From Candidatus Cloacimonadales bacterium (GTDB taxonomy: Bacteria; Cloacimonadota; Cloacimonadia; Cloacimonadales; JAFGVF01): a DNA stretch of 64,000 bases. Of this stretch, positions 30,812 to 41,298 are shown in pieces (position 1 is the stretch's first letter; the number at the start of each line of letters is the position of its first letter). Made by a program: the position numbers and the translations under genes. Location: the NCBI GenBank assembly GCA_963678315.1, contig OY782781.1, positions 1,664,001 to 1,728,000 on the forward strand, read 5' to 3'. The notes beneath the pieces were generated by a model. The model saw only the letters and a program-made list of their open reading frames with translations. It was not told where the DNA came from and did not search any database.

Positions 30812-32188
30812 ATGAAGAAGATTGTGTTTGTTTTGTTTGTTTTAATTGCTATACTTATGAGTGCTTGTACTTCCATGAGAACTAATGACCAGTATAAAGA
30901 AGCTCTTTTTGCAAATATCGCAAGTGAAAACTATCAGGGTGCTATCAATATTATTGAACAACATAAAGAAGATTGCTTCTCAGAAAAAGATAGAGTTTTA
31001 TATTATCTCTATATGGGTATTTTAAACCACTATAATAGCAATTATCAAGAAAGTACAAACTTTCTAAATTTAGCAGAAGAATCAATTGATGAATTATATA
31101 CTGAATCTGTTGCTAAAGCAGCTGGCTCAATGCTTTTGAACGATAATACTTTAGCTTATACAGGTGAAGATTATGAAAATATCTATGTGAATATTATTAA
31201 ATGTCTTAATTATATAGCTCTGGATGATCAAGAGGCTGCCTTTGTTGAAGTTAGAAAAGTTAATGAGAAACTACAAGTACTCGAAGATTTATATAGAGAG
31301 TATGTAGAAGAATTAAATCAGTCTGATGATGCTAAGATACAATTAGAAGCAGAATCAAGTGTTTTCATGGATTCTGCATTAGCTCGTTATTTAAGCATGC
31401 TTTTATATAGAGCAGATGATGAACTTGACGATGCAAAAATTGATAAACGTTACTTACAACAAGCTTTCTTCTCACAAGAAAATATATATGACTTTCCTGT
31501 ACCAAAACTAAAGAATGTGCTAGATATTCCTAAAGGAAAAACAAAACTAAATGTTATAGCTTTAACTGGTCTGTCTCCAGAAAAAGAAGCAGTAGATTTT
31601 AGACTTGCTACTGGGGTTGACCAAGTGGGTGTATTTAGATCTGATCAGCAGGAAACAGATGGCGAAGTTATTTTCTTCCCTGGTGTAGAACCTGGATACT
31701 ATTTTAAGTTTTCAGTAGCTAAAATTAAGGCTAAGTCTTCACTTGTAGATAATATTGTTGTGGAAGCTAATAATCAAGAGATTGGACGTCTTTCTAAACT
31801 AGAAGATGTTAACAATATTGCAGTTCTTACCTTTGAAAAGAAAGCTAAAATGGCCTTTGTAAGAGCTATTACTAGAACAACTATCAAAGGAATCGCATCC
31901 ATTTTAGCTCAAAAGAAGATAGAAAAAGAAACTAATGAGTTTGGTGGATTCTTGGCTAAGATTGCAACTGCTGCACTAACAGAAGCATCTGAAGCTGCTG
32001 ATTTGAGAATTTGTAGTGCCTTTCCTGGTAATGCTTATGTTGGCGATTTTGATATTGAAACAGGTACTTACAATATATGTGTAAAATATTTCAATAATTC
32101 TGGTCTTCTTTTATACCAAGATTTTAAAGAGAACTTTGTGATTGATGAAGATAATTTTAATGTAATTGAATCAAAATTTCTTAAATAG
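30812..32188 (+). CDS. COG3014-like helical-repeat lipoprotein
   Basis: Lipobox MSAC; YTGEDYE, EAAFVEVRK, ADLR motifs. Confidence 0.7.
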   Translation: MKKIVFVLFVLIAILMSACTSMRTNDQYKEALFANIASENYQGAINIIEQHKEDCFSEKDRVLYYLYMGILNHYNSNYQESTNFLNLAEESIDELYTESVAKAAGSMLLNDNTLAYTGEDYENIYVNIIKCLNYIALDDQEAAFVEVRKVNEKLQVLEDLYREYVEELNQSDDAKIQLEAESSVFMDSALARYLSMLLYRADDELDDAKIDKRYLQQAFFSQENIYDFPVPKLKNVLDIPKGKTKLNVIALTGLSPEKEAVDFRLATGVDQVGVFRSDQQETDGEVIFFPGVEPGYYFKFSVAKIKAKSSLVDNIVVEANNQEIGRLSKLEDVNNIAVLTFEKKAKMAFVRAITRTTIKGIASILAQKKIEKETNEFGGFLAKIATAALTEASEAADLRICSAFPGNAYVGDFDIETGTYNICVKYFNNSGLLLYQDFKENFVIDEDNFNVIESKFLK

Positions 32189-32196
32189 GAGATACA

Positions 32197-33216
32197 ATGA
32201 AGAGGATAATATTAGGACTATTCATATCCTTGCTTCTCATAAGCTGTAGTTCAAACAAAAACAAGATAGATGAGGAACCAGCTTGGATTAACAACCCTAA
32301 AGCTTTGTATCCAGATGGTTTATACTTATCTGCTGTAGGATATGGCTCTTCAAGAAGAGCTGCTGAATCCGACGCCATGGGGTCTATCGCAAGAATCTTT
32401 AAGACAGAGATAAAAGCTGAAGATAAGTTTACTGAAAGACTTAAAGAAATATCCATAAATGATGAAAGCCAAGTTTCTATGTTTGCTGAAAATGAAAAGT
32501 CTATTTCCATGCATGCAGAAGAGGATTTGATTAATATCGAGATAGGCGAGACTTACGTTAACAAACTTGGAAGAGTCTATTGCTTAGCCTACATAAACAG
32601 AAGTAATACTGCTGATATTTATGCTGAGAAAATACAACAAATTGAAAACAAGATTAATTACTATCTAAGCAAATCAGATGCAACAGATAGCTACTATTTG
32701 AAATACTCTTATCTAACATCAGCTGTAGCACTAGCGCATCAGAATAAAGTTCTTCTCGAACAACTATCGATTATTTCAATAGATGATTATGAGCTTATAA
32801 GAATAAGAGACAAGACTGCTGAAGTAGAAGCGATTCTAGGTCAAGTAGCATCAGAAATAAGCTTCTCCATTAGCTTTGCTGATGATGAAAATGGATTCTT
32901 TGAAAATACAGTAAGTCAAGTTATCAACGACTTAAACTTCAATGTAGTACAAGAAGGATCAATGATTGAGATTATTGGAAATGTTGATTATCAACAGGTA
33001 AAACTTGATAGATCAGAAAAGTTCTACAAGTATGACTTCATACTAAAACTACAGGATAATCAAGGGAATGTAGTTGCTTCTCTAAATAAGAAAGGTAGAG
33101 CAGGTAGCATTAGCTATTCAGAAGCAAAGAATAAAGCCAAAAGACTGGTTCAAAAAGATATAGAATCTAATCTAGAAAGGAAGATTCTTAACTACTTTGA
33201 TAGTCTTGTGAAATAA
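32197..33216 (+). CDS. LPP20-family lipoprotein
   Basis: Lipobox LISC; PAWI..YLSAVGYG..AE.DAM..IAR. Confidence 0.7.
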   Translation: MKRIILGLFISLLLISCSSNKNKIDEEPAWINNPKALYPDGLYLSAVGYGSSRRAAESDAMGSIARIFKTEIKAEDKFTERLKEISINDESQVSMFAENEKSISMHAEEDLINIEIGETYVNKLGRVYCLAYINRSNTADIYAEKIQQIENKINYYLSKSDATDSYYLKYSYLTSAVALAHQNKVLLEQLSIISIDDYELIRIRDKTAEVEAILGQVASEISFSISFADDENGFFENTVSQVINDLNFNVVQEGSMIEIIGNVDYQQVKLDRSEKFYKYDFILKLQDNQGNVVASLNKKGRAGSISYSEAKNKAKRLVQKDIESNLERKILNYFDSLVK

Positions 33217-33236
33217 ACTATTAATTTAAAACAAGC

Positions 33237-33267
33237 AAAAGGAGAAGTCAACAGAGGCTTCTCCTTT
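33237..33267. terminator. Bidirectional terminator
   Basis: AAAAGGAGAAG..CTTCTCCTTT between convergent genes. Confidence 0.7.
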
Positions 33268-33291
33268 AACTATTCTATTAAGAATAAGAAA

Positions 33292-34392
33292 TTAATCTCC
33301 TAAATTTATGTTAATTCCTCTAGCTGTTTTGATAATATCACTATTCAAATCAATTAGGTTATATTGTTTTATTGCTTCAGATATCTTAACTGTAGAAAGA
33401 GTTGGATGAGTATAGCATACCATTTGACCATACTGTTTATTTAAAGCCATTTCAAAAGCTTTAACACCGAATTGAGCAGCCAAAACTCTATCAAATGAGT
33501 TTGGTATACCACCACGTTGTAAATGACCAAGAATTGTCTTTCTAATCTCTACATCTAAATTCAAATCTTCTATTTCTTGAACAAGTCTATCTGCTGCACC
33601 TTTCAAATGAATCTCGTGGGATTCTTTAGTTAACTTACCTTCATTGGACATCTCTCCACCAATAGGTTTTGCTCCTTCTGCTATAACAATAACTGCGAAT
33701 CCAGCACCTTTATTCATTCTTGATATTAGCTTCTGTTTGATTGATTCCATATCATAAGGTATTTCAGGAATTAAGCAAATCTCTGCTCCACCAGCAATTG
33801 CAGCATGTAGAGCAATCCAACCAGCATATCGCCCCATTACTTCTAAGACGAGTATTCTATGATGACTGCTGGCTGTAGTTACTAGTTTATCAATGGCATC
33901 TGTAGCAACTTCTACAGCAGTTTGGAATCCGAAAGTGAAGTCTGTAAATGAAAGGTCATTGTCGATTGTTTTAGGTACGCCAATAATAGGGCATCCTTTC
34001 TCATAGAGTTTCTGAGATATACGTTGAGAACCATCACCACCAATGTTAATAATTGCTTCAAAGCCTTCATATTGGAAGCGTTTAATAAGATCATCAGACC
34101 TATCTACAAGACTAATATTCCCTTCCATATCCTTAACTGGCCAGGCAAAAGGTCCACCTTTATTAGTGGTCCCAATGATTGTACCACCTTTTACATGGAT
34201 ACCTGAGACTACTTCAGGAGTAAGTTTAACTAGATTCATGGGGTCTTGTAGTATTCCATTAAAGGCATCAATACTACCAATAATCTCCCAGTTATCATTC
34301 TCCAAACTGGCTCTTTTAACAATTCCTCTGATAACAGCGTTCAATCCTGGACAATCTCCACCACCAGTTGCAACTAAAAGTCTTCTTTTCAT
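33292..34392 (-). CDS. pfkA: 6-phosphofructokinase, PfkA family, likely ATP-dependent
   Basis: TGGGDCPGLNA, GGDGS (Gly at specificity position), PKTIDND, EVMGR, LGHLQRGG. Confidence 0.92.
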   Translation of the reverse strand: MKRRLLVATGGGDCPGLNAVIRGIVKRASLENDNWEIIGSIDAFNGILQDPMNLVKLTPEVVSGIHVKGGTIIGTTNKGGPFAWPVKDMEGNISLVDRSDDLIKRFQYEGFEAIINIGGDGSQRISQKLYEKGCPIIGVPKTIDNDLSFTDFTFGFQTAVEVATDAIDKLVTTASSHHRILVLEVMGRYAGWIALHAAIAGGAEICLIPEIPYDMESIKQKLISRMNKGAGFAVIVIAEGAKPIGGEMSNEGKLTKESHEIHLKGAADRLVQEIEDLNLDVEIRKTILGHLQRGGIPNSFDRVLAAQFGVKAFEMALNKQYGQMVCYTHPTLSTVKISEAIKQYNLIDLNSDIIKTARGININLGD

Positions 34393-34478
34393 GTGACCTC
34401 CATCTTTCTAAATCAATTTATTTATGGAATCATTATCTTAGTCAAGAAAAGAATTCATTATCCAGAATCAAAAGAATC

Positions 34479-35483
34479 TTAATTATCTAAATAGTAGTCT
34501 TGATTAGCAAGAATAATCTTCTTCATCCATTTAATTGCTTGAATAGGATGCTTACCAATAGCTGTTTCATCAGATAAGGTGAGTCCACTAGCTCCGTCAA
34601 ATACAGCATTACCAATATCTGATATTTCAGCTCTTGTAGGAAGTGGGTTCTCAACCATGGATTCAAGCATTTGAGTTGCTACAAAGAAGGGTTTATTTAA
34701 TGAATTGCATAATTTACTAAGGTCTTTCTGTATTGAAGGAAGCTTTTCTAAGGATACCTCTACACCTAAATCCCCTCTAGCAATATAAACATAGTCAGAG
34801 TTGTTAATTATTTCTTCTGCATTATGAAGTGAATAGGATGTTTCAAACTTACTCAATATATTTACTTGCTTATCTTTAAGTAGTTGCTTAACTTCATCAA
34901 TATCTTCTTTAGATTCAACAAAAGATAGAGCGTAGTAGTCTGGTGAATACTTTAGACTCTCAGTAATTATCTCCTTGTCTGATTCAGAAAGGAAGTTTCT
35001 ATGGGTCTTGGTGTTTACTAAGGAAATATGAGGATTAGCTCTCAATTTAACTGCATCATAAATGCTTATGGTGAAGAATGACTTGTTTACTTCAATTATC
35101 ATTGCTTGAGCCTGTCCATCTTGTAAGAAGACCCTTGTACCTTCTCTAACTGATTTAGTATCTATTTCTCTAGATAGGTACAAGCCGTTATCAACTTCAT
35201 TAAAATGAATATTTAGTTTTTGTCTGCTTTTAATGTTTAAGCTCTTTTTTATTCCCTTTATCCTTAGTTCAGGTCCAGGCAAGTCTATCATTACTTTTAC
35301 TTTATCTCCAAACATGCTAGCTATATCTAAGGTAATGTAAAAGTTATGTAGTTGCTTCAATGAAGTATGGGACATGTTAATTCTTGCGATTGTCATTCCT
35401 TCATGCATGAAAGAATTGAGTAGCTCAGGGGTGATAGTCTTTGTGTTAATTGTACAGATTATTTCAGGTTTAAGTTCTTTCAT
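34479..35483 (-). CDS. pyk: Pyruvate kinase, short form lacking C-terminal domain
   Basis: ARINMSH, DLPGPELR, SKFE, ARGDLGVE, ATQMLESM, PTRAE, LSDETA. Confidence 0.88.
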   Translation of the reverse strand: MKELKPEIICTINTKTITPELLNSFMHEGMTIARINMSHTSLKQLHNFYITLDIASMFGDKVKVMIDLPGPELRIKGIKKSLNIKSRQKLNIHFNEVDNGLYLSREIDTKSVREGTRVFLQDGQAQAMIIEVNKSFFTISIYDAVKLRANPHISLVNTKTHRNFLSESDKEIITESLKYSPDYYALSFVESKEDIDEVKQLLKDKQVNILSKFETSYSLHNAEEIINNSDYVYIARGDLGVEVSLEKLPSIQKDLSKLCNSLNKPFFVATQMLESMVENPLPTRAEISDIGNAVFDGASGLTLSDETAIGKHPIQAIKWMKKIILANQDYYLDN

Positions 35484-36093
35484 AGAATGGCTTGATCTCC
35501 CTGCTGGCTATATTTTTAATTGTGCTAATAAAATTATCTATTCCCTTGATAAGATTGCTTTCACTAGTATTGTTAGAGATAGAGTAATCGGCAAGTTTAA
35601 GCTTATCACTTGACGGCATCTGAGAATCAATTATTCTCTGTGCTTGTTCTTCTGAAAAGTTATTTCTTTTTATTAGTCTTTTCAATTGAATCTCTTTAGC
35701 AATATCAATCACTAAAATGCAATCAAACATGGTAGCCATATTTGCTTCAAAGAGAAGTGGAACTTCAAAGAAAATAACTTTCTCCTTGCTCTTATCAACT
35801 AAGTCTTGCATTGTTTTGAATATCTGTGGGTGAGTTATAGAATTTAATGTTTCAAGCTTACTTTTATCTTTGAATACAATCTCTCTAACTTCTTGTCTAT
35901 CAATATTACCGTTTACTATTACACTATGTCCAAAATTAGTTACTAAATCTTGTTTCACTTCAGGATAATCAAGTACATCATGCCCAATCTTATCTGTATA
36001 ATATATCTTAAAACCTTTGCTTTCAAGGTATTTTGAAGCTGTGGATTTGCCAGAAGCAATTGAACCAGTAATCCCAATAATAAGAGGTCGCAT
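35470..36093 (-). CDS. coaE: Dephospho-CoA kinase
   Basis: IGITGSIASGKST, LNSITHP, EVPLLFE, SQMP. Confidence 0.93.
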   Translation of the reverse strand: MRPLIIGITGSIASGKSTASKYLESKGFKIYYTDKIGHDVLDYPEVKQDLVTNFGHSVIVNGNIDRQEVREIVFKDKSKLETLNSITHPQIFKTMQDLVDKSKEKVIFFEVPLLFEANMATMFDCILVIDIAKEIQLKRLIKRNNFSEEQAQRIIDSQMPSSDKLKLADYSISNNTSESNLIKGIDNFISTIKNIASREIKPFYERT

Positions 36094-37292
36094 TATAAAA
36101 TATTGAATCCTTGATTGTTAATTGCTTGCAGGGTCTTTAGGAATCTTACATTAGCTTGAACATCATGAACTCTAATTATTTCTACTCCGTTATTATATGC
36201 AATAGCCGTAGTAGCTAGAGTTCCTTCTAATCGGTCTTTAGCCTCAGATTGATATATATTGTTGATAAAGCTCTTTCTTGAAGCACCCAAGAGAATATCA
36301 CATCCAAGAATATTAAATTCATCTATTCGTTTAAGTATTTCAAGATTATCAGTTTGCCTTTTCCCGAATCCTATACCTGGATCTAGGATTATTCTATCTC
36401 TTGAAATTCCTGCTGATTCGCATTGTTTAAGCTTTTTATCGAAGAAGGTAAATATAGAATTGATAATATTATCATAATTAGGATTATCTTGCATGGTCTC
36501 AGGGTTTCCTAGCATGTGCATCAGACATATTTTCACTTGAGGGTTAGCTTTTATAACATTGAGCATATCTTGATCTCCATCAAGAGCCCAAATGTCATTT
36601 ACAATATTAGCACCAGCTTCAATCGCTTGTCTGGCTACTTCAGCTTTATAAGTATCAATTGAGATAGCTATATCACTCACCTTTCTTAAGGCATTTATCA
36701 CTGGAATAGTCCTTTTGAGCTCTTCTTCTAAAGAGACTCTCTGTGAGCCAGGTCTTGTTGATTCTCCACCAATGTCGATAATTGATGCACCTTCTTCTTT
36801 AAGCTTCAAGGCATGGTCTACAGCTTCTTTTACATCCCCATAAGAGTTACCATCAGAGAATGAATCTGGTGTTACATTTAGAATCCCCATAACTTGTGGA
36901 AGGAAGTCTTTTCCTCTATCATAAGAATGGTTAAAGAGCATTTGAGAACGTAATGAACTAAGTTGGTCTCTTATTTGAGGTAAGCCCATTGAAGTGTAGT
37001 GTCGCATTCTTGTTATGAGTGCTAGCAACTTATTTGCTCCTCCCATTATTAACAAGTTAGAGCTTTTCTTTTTTCCCTCAACAATACCTCTACTCATGGC
37101 GCAATCAGCTCCAATAATCAGACATTCTTGCTTCATGATGTTGGCTGCAGCAGTTTCTACATTATACAGTAAGACACTTTTTCCTACTGCTTTGGGAGCC
37201 ATTACTTCAACACCTTGACTTGAAACTCCTATCTGTTTAAGGATTTCTCTAGCATCGTGAATTGTCTTTATTGTTAATACTCTATTTTGCAT
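36093..37292 (-). CDS. folP: Dihydropteroate synthase with N-terminal extension
   Basis: MGILNVTPDSFSDG, DIGGESTRPG, DPGIGFGK, SRK, RVHDV. Confidence 0.95.
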   Translation of the reverse strand: MQNRVLTIKTIHDAREILKQIGVSSQGVEVMAPKAVGKSVLLYNVETAAANIMKQECLIIGADCAMSRGIVEGKKKSSNLLIMGGANKLLALITRMRHYTSMGLPQIRDQLSSLRSQMLFNHSYDRGKDFLPQVMGILNVTPDSFSDGNSYGDVKEAVDHALKLKEEGASIIDIGGESTRPGSQRVSLEEELKRTIPVINALRKVSDIAISIDTYKAEVARQAIEAGANIVNDIWALDGDQDMLNVIKANPQVKICLMHMLGNPETMQDNPNYDNIINSIFTFFDKKLKQCESAGISRDRIILDPGIGFGKRQTDNLEILKRIDEFNILGCDILLGASRKSFINNIYQSEAKDRLEGTLATTAIAYNNGVEIIRVHDVQANVRFLKTLQAINNQGFNIL

Positions 37293-37303
37293 AATAAATT
37301 CTC

Positions 37304-38101
37304 CTAGTTCTGGTTGATATCAACAAGTTTATTCTTATATTCAAGAACATAAGTCCCTGATGAAATAGAAGCTAACTTTCGATTATCATCTGCGTCTTTT
37401 AGAACCCCAATCACCCAAATAGCTAGTTCACTAACTCCAGATAATTTCACTGGTTCATTGCTAAGTTTACCATCTTTAATTACGAATAGAATCTTGCAGA
37501 GCTGAGTTACTTTCTCATCTGGATTATACTCTTTCCCTGCAAAGATTGACCTTATCTGAGAATCATCACCACCATAGTTAGGGTCTTTAAAGAAGTCTTC
37601 AGTCCCTGTGAAAGAAATGAAGATTGTATCTTGCTTTGTTTTACTAAATTTCTTTGTGTTTACCTTGATAGGGTCTTTATCACCTAATGATTCATGCAAG
37701 TCATGAGTATCGTAATTGATGATGTGGGAATTAGGAGCAAAGAGGTCTTCATTTTCTTTAGAGAATGTTGAAGCAGTGTGAGTTCTATTAGTGAATTTAT
37801 CATCATCTTCGAAAAGATTGAATTCATAGTCTTCGTTTGCTTCAGTTTCATCCCCTTTAATCTTGGGATTATCAAGTTTTTGTAATGGGATAGAACTCTT
37901 TTCTTTCTGCACTTGTTGAGATACTTTCACTTGCAGTTCAGGTTTTTCAATAACAGACTCCATATCTTCTATTTTTTCAACTTCTATTGCAAGTTCATGC
38001 TTAATTGACTCTTCAGCTTCAGGCATCTGAATACTGATGAGGAATATCCCTGCATGAAGAACAAGAGAGATAATAATAGAAAGTCTTAGATAGTTTTTCA
38101 T
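37304..38101 (-). CDS. TonB/TolA-like membrane-anchored protein
   Basis: N-terminal SxxxH-type TM (SLVLHAG) directly downstream of exbB-exbD. Confidence 0.6.
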   Translation of the reverse strand: MKNYLRLSIIISLVLHAGIFLISIQMPEAEESIKHELAIEVEKIEDMESVIEKPELQVKVSQQVQKEKSSIPLQKLDNPKIKGDETEANEDYEFNLFEDDDKFTNRTHTASTFSKENEDLFAPNSHIINYDTHDLHESLGDKDPIKVNTKKFSKTKQDTIFISFTGTEDFFKDPNYGGDDSQIRSIFAGKEYNPDEKVTQLCKILFVIKDGKLSNEPVKLSGVSELAIWVIGVLKDADDNRKLASISSGTYVLEYKNKLVDINQN

Positions 38102-38103
38102 TG

Positions 38104-38517
38104 TTAATTAGAAGTGTATTTTGTAGGGTAAGATATCTTCTTAGCCCCTAGATTAGTTATTATATCATGAACTGGAACAATATGCTTCCAAGTTACTTCT
38201 TCATCAACCCATATCTCTACTTTAGCAGACTCATCTTCTTCTAATCTAGCTTTAACTTCAGCTGTAAATGCTTCTTGACTATATATTTTATCTTTGTTAT
38301 CAATTGCAAGTTCATTATCCTTAGTAATGATTACCTTTATCACGTTTCCAGAAGGAAGCTTTGAGGTACTGATTGAGTTTGGAAGATTGACTCCAATTGA
38401 ATTGATGTTTACAAAGTTACTTGAAAGAAGCAAGAATATAATAAGCAAGAAAACAACATCTGTCATTGAAATCAAAACAGTAGAGGTAATCTTTTTCTTT
38501 TTTACTTCAAGTTTCAT
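38104..38517 (-). CDS. exbD: Biopolymer transporter ExbD/TolR
   Basis: SMTDVVFLLIIFLL, VNLP motifs. Confidence 0.88.
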   Translation of the reverse strand: MKLEVKKKKITSTVLISMTDVVFLLIIFLLLSSNFVNINSIGVNLPNSISTSKLPSGNVIKVIITKDNELAIDNKDKIYSQEAFTAEVKARLEEDESAKVEIWVDEEVTWKHIVPVHDIITNLGAKKISYPTKYTSN

Positions 38518-39125
38518 TATTTTTCCCTAATAGAGTCTCTGTGTTTTAGAATTAGATGATGACCATTTTCTTCTATGTTGCTTGCTGTTTCTTCTATAAT
38601 AGCAACAAAATAGTTATTAAATATTAAGGCTATAATTCCTACAACTAGTCCCCCGATTGTAGTAAGCATGGCTTCCCAAATACCATTAGCAAGCATACTA
38701 ATATCAACGCCACCTTTAGCTATACCAATATTCATAAATACTTTAACCATACCTGATGCTGTTCCTAAAAATCCTATTAATGGAGAAACAGCAGAAAGTG
38801 TAGATAGAATACCAATATTCTTTTCTAGAACTTTAATTTCAGCCTTAGCTTTTGTTTCCATTTCTTCAGTAGCATCTTTTTCTCCATATTTTAAATATTC
38901 AACTCCTCGTTTGAGTGAATTAGGTAGGGGAGAATCAATAAGTGTGTTGTTGACATAATCTGTGATGTCTTTTAATAATACATGAGATTCAAACTCTACT
39001 TGAAACAATCTATCTTTTTTTCTTGCTTTTAAGATAACAATTAATCTCTCGATAATTACAGCTATAGTAACTATTGAAGCTACTAACAATACATACATTA
39101 ATATTCCACCACGGGCTAAAAACAT
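38517..39125 (-). CDS. exbB: MotA/TolQ/ExbB proton channel
   Basis: SPLIGFLGTASGM, GIWEAMLTTIGGL. Confidence 0.88.
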   Translation of the reverse strand: MFLARGGILMYVLLVASIVTIAVIIERLIVILKARKKDRLFQVEFESHVLLKDITDYVNNTLIDSPLPNSLKRGVEYLKYGEKDATEEMETKAKAEIKVLEKNIGILSTLSAVSPLIGFLGTASGMVKVFMNIGIAKGGVDISMLANGIWEAMLTTIGGLVVGIIALIFNNYFVAIIEETASNIEENGHHLILKHRDSIREK

Positions 39126-39327
39126 TCATTCCTCCAAATGATTAATCAGATTACATTAATAATAATATCATTCTTGCTGTCAATATTCTTCTACTAGTTA
39201 TATATACTTACATACGTAAGAATAGACAGACATACAGAAAAAAGTCTTATCTTGCATGATGATAAATTAAAATTATTGACATATTTAAAGACCTAAAAAT
39301 AGTATAACATATATATAATAATTATTA

Positions 39328-39490
39328 TCCCAGATGATGTATTAGGCTTGACGAAAAGAGTGCAGATTCTTTCAGCAAAATAAGTTACAGAATTGAATCC
39401 TGAATAATATATATTCCGGTTGAGATTATGGAACTTATTCTTGCAAAATAATATAGTGCTATTTTTCAAGTTCTAATGCATTATGTGGGA
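39328..39490. mobile_element. 163-bp MITE immediately upstream of asnS RBS
   Basis: TCCCAGATGATGTATTAG..CTAATGCATTATGTGGGA imperfect TIRs, TTA on both sides. Confidence 0.85.
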
Positions 39491-39510
39491 TTATATAAGG
39501 AGCAATATAT

Positions 39511-40806
39511 ATGAAAACTATATTTGTAAAAGATATAAAAGATCATGTTGGTGAAGAGATTCATTTACGTGGTTGGGTAAGAAACGTTCGCAGATCTGGT
39601 AAAATTATGTTTATCATTTTCCGTGATGGTACAGGCACTATTCAATCAATAGTTTATAAACCAACTGTTGGTGAAGAGAAATATGAAGTAGCTAAGAGTT
39701 TAACTATAGAATCTTCTTTAGAAATTTGTGGTGTTCCTAAAGTGCATCCTAAAAAAGAAGGTGTTTATGAATTAGATGTGACAGAAATTAAACCTATCTG
39801 TATCTCTCCAGAATACCCAATTGGAAAGAAAGAGCATGGTCCTGATTTCTTGCTATCTAACAGACATCTTTGGATTAGATCACCTAAACAGTGGGCAAAT
39901 TTAAAAGTACGTCATACTATCTATCATGCAATTTCTGAATATCTTAATGATAACGCTTTTACACGTTTTGATTCCCCAATCTTAACTCCTAACCCATGTG
40001 AAGGTTCAACAACTCTTTTTGAAGTTGAATACTTTGATCAAGGTTCAGCTTATCTTTCACAATCAGGTCAGCTTTATCTAGAACCAGCTATCATGACTCT
40101 AGGTCGTGTTTATGATTTCGGTCCTGTTTTTCGTGCAGAAAAATCAAAAACTCGTAAGCATCTTACTGAATTCTGGATGATGGACGCTGAAGCTGCTTTC
40201 TGTGACCATAAAGAAAACATGAAGATTCAGGAAGGACTAATCAGACACGTTATAAATTCTGTAATTGAAAAATGTCCAAAAGAGCTTGAAATTCTAGAAA
40301 GAGATGTTGAACAACTTAAAAAAGCAGATGCTCCTTTTAAAATCATGACTCACTATGAAGCAATTGAATACCTAAGAAATAAAGGTTCTGAAATTACTCA
40401 TGGAGAAGATTTAGGTGCTGTTGAAGAAGGAATGTTAACCGAAGGTTCAGATGTCCCTATCTTTATTGAAAAGTGGCCTAAAGATATCAAGGCTTTCTAT
40501 ATGAAACAAGATCCTGAAAATCCAGAATTAGTTCTTGGTTCAGACTTGATAGCTCCAGAAGGTTTCGGTGAAATCATTGGTGGTTCACAACGTGAAGATG
40601 ATTATGATACTCTTCTTGCTCGTATGCAAGAAGAAAAACTTGATATTGAAACTTATGAATGGTACCTAGATATGAGAAAATATGGTTCAGTGCCTCATAG
40701 TGGTTTTGGTATCGGACTAGAAAGATTAACTCAATGGATGACTGGTACAAAACATATCCGTGAAGTTATTCCTTTCCCAAGAATGATTCATAGAATTTAT
40801 CCATAA
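39511..40806 (+). CDS. asnS: Asparagine--tRNA ligase
   Basis: OB fold LRGWV..RDGTG, YLSQSGQLY, FRAEKSKTRKHLTEFWM, EIIGGSQRE, PHSGFGIGLER. Confidence 0.93.
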   Translation: MKTIFVKDIKDHVGEEIHLRGWVRNVRRSGKIMFIIFRDGTGTIQSIVYKPTVGEEKYEVAKSLTIESSLEICGVPKVHPKKEGVYELDVTEIKPICISPEYPIGKKEHGPDFLLSNRHLWIRSPKQWANLKVRHTIYHAISEYLNDNAFTRFDSPILTPNPCEGSTTLFEVEYFDQGSAYLSQSGQLYLEPAIMTLGRVYDFGPVFRAEKSKTRKHLTEFWMMDAEAAFCDHKENMKIQEGLIRHVINSVIEKCPKELEILERDVEQLKKADAPFKIMTHYEAIEYLRNKGSEITHGEDLGAVEEGMLTEGSDVPIFIEKWPKDIKAFYMKQDPENPELVLGSDLIAPEGFGEIIGGSQREDDYDTLLARMQEEKLDIETYEWYLDMRKYGSVPHSGFGIGLERLTQWMTGTKHIREVIPFPRMIHRIYP

Positions 40807-40829
40807 AAGATTATAGATTATATATATTG

Positions 40830-40855
40830 AAAGCCCCAATTTCTGGGGCTTTTTT
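40830..40855 (+). terminator. Intrinsic terminator after asnS
   Basis: AAAGCCCCA-ATTTC-TGGGGCTTTTTT. Confidence 0.85.
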
Positions 40856-40887
40856 CGTTGTTCATCATTAAGGGGAGAAAGCTTCTA

Positions 40888-41150
40888 GCCTGCTAACTGG
40901 GAACGCCAGCCTCCGAGCTGGCTTGAGACGTTTACAAAACCTCTCTACAGGACTTGTACGGCCTGCTAACTGGGAACGCCAGCCTCCGAGCTGGCATGAG
41001 ACATTTACAAAACCTCTCTACAGGACTTGTACGGCCTGCTAACTGGGAACGCCAGCCTCCGAGCTGGCATGAGACGTTTACAAAACTTCTCTACAAATTC
41101 ACTTATCCCTACGTTCTAAGTGAAGCCAGCTAGCAGCTGGGGTTCCCAGT
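40888..41150 (+). repeat. 3 x 73-bp REP units ending in an inverted REP (REPIN-like doublet)
   Basis: Units at 40888, 40961, 41034 with GGAAC-GCCAGC-CTCCGA-GCTGGC; closes with GCCAGCTAGCAGCTGGGGTTCCCAGT. Confidence 0.88.
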
Positions 41151-41298
41151 GTCCCCAGTAACTCCTGCCTTACTTGCCTCATTGAAAAAAAGCCGATTTT
41201 TCAAGGTGGCAAGTAAGGGTAAGGTAAAATTAAAATATATTTGACTAATGTTTTGCTTCTTGATATAATGACAATAAACCTTAGAAGGAAGTGTAATT

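Noticed and set aside
36900..37292. FolP N-terminal extension as novelty
   Set aside because: Long-form FolP with such an extension is common in anaerobes
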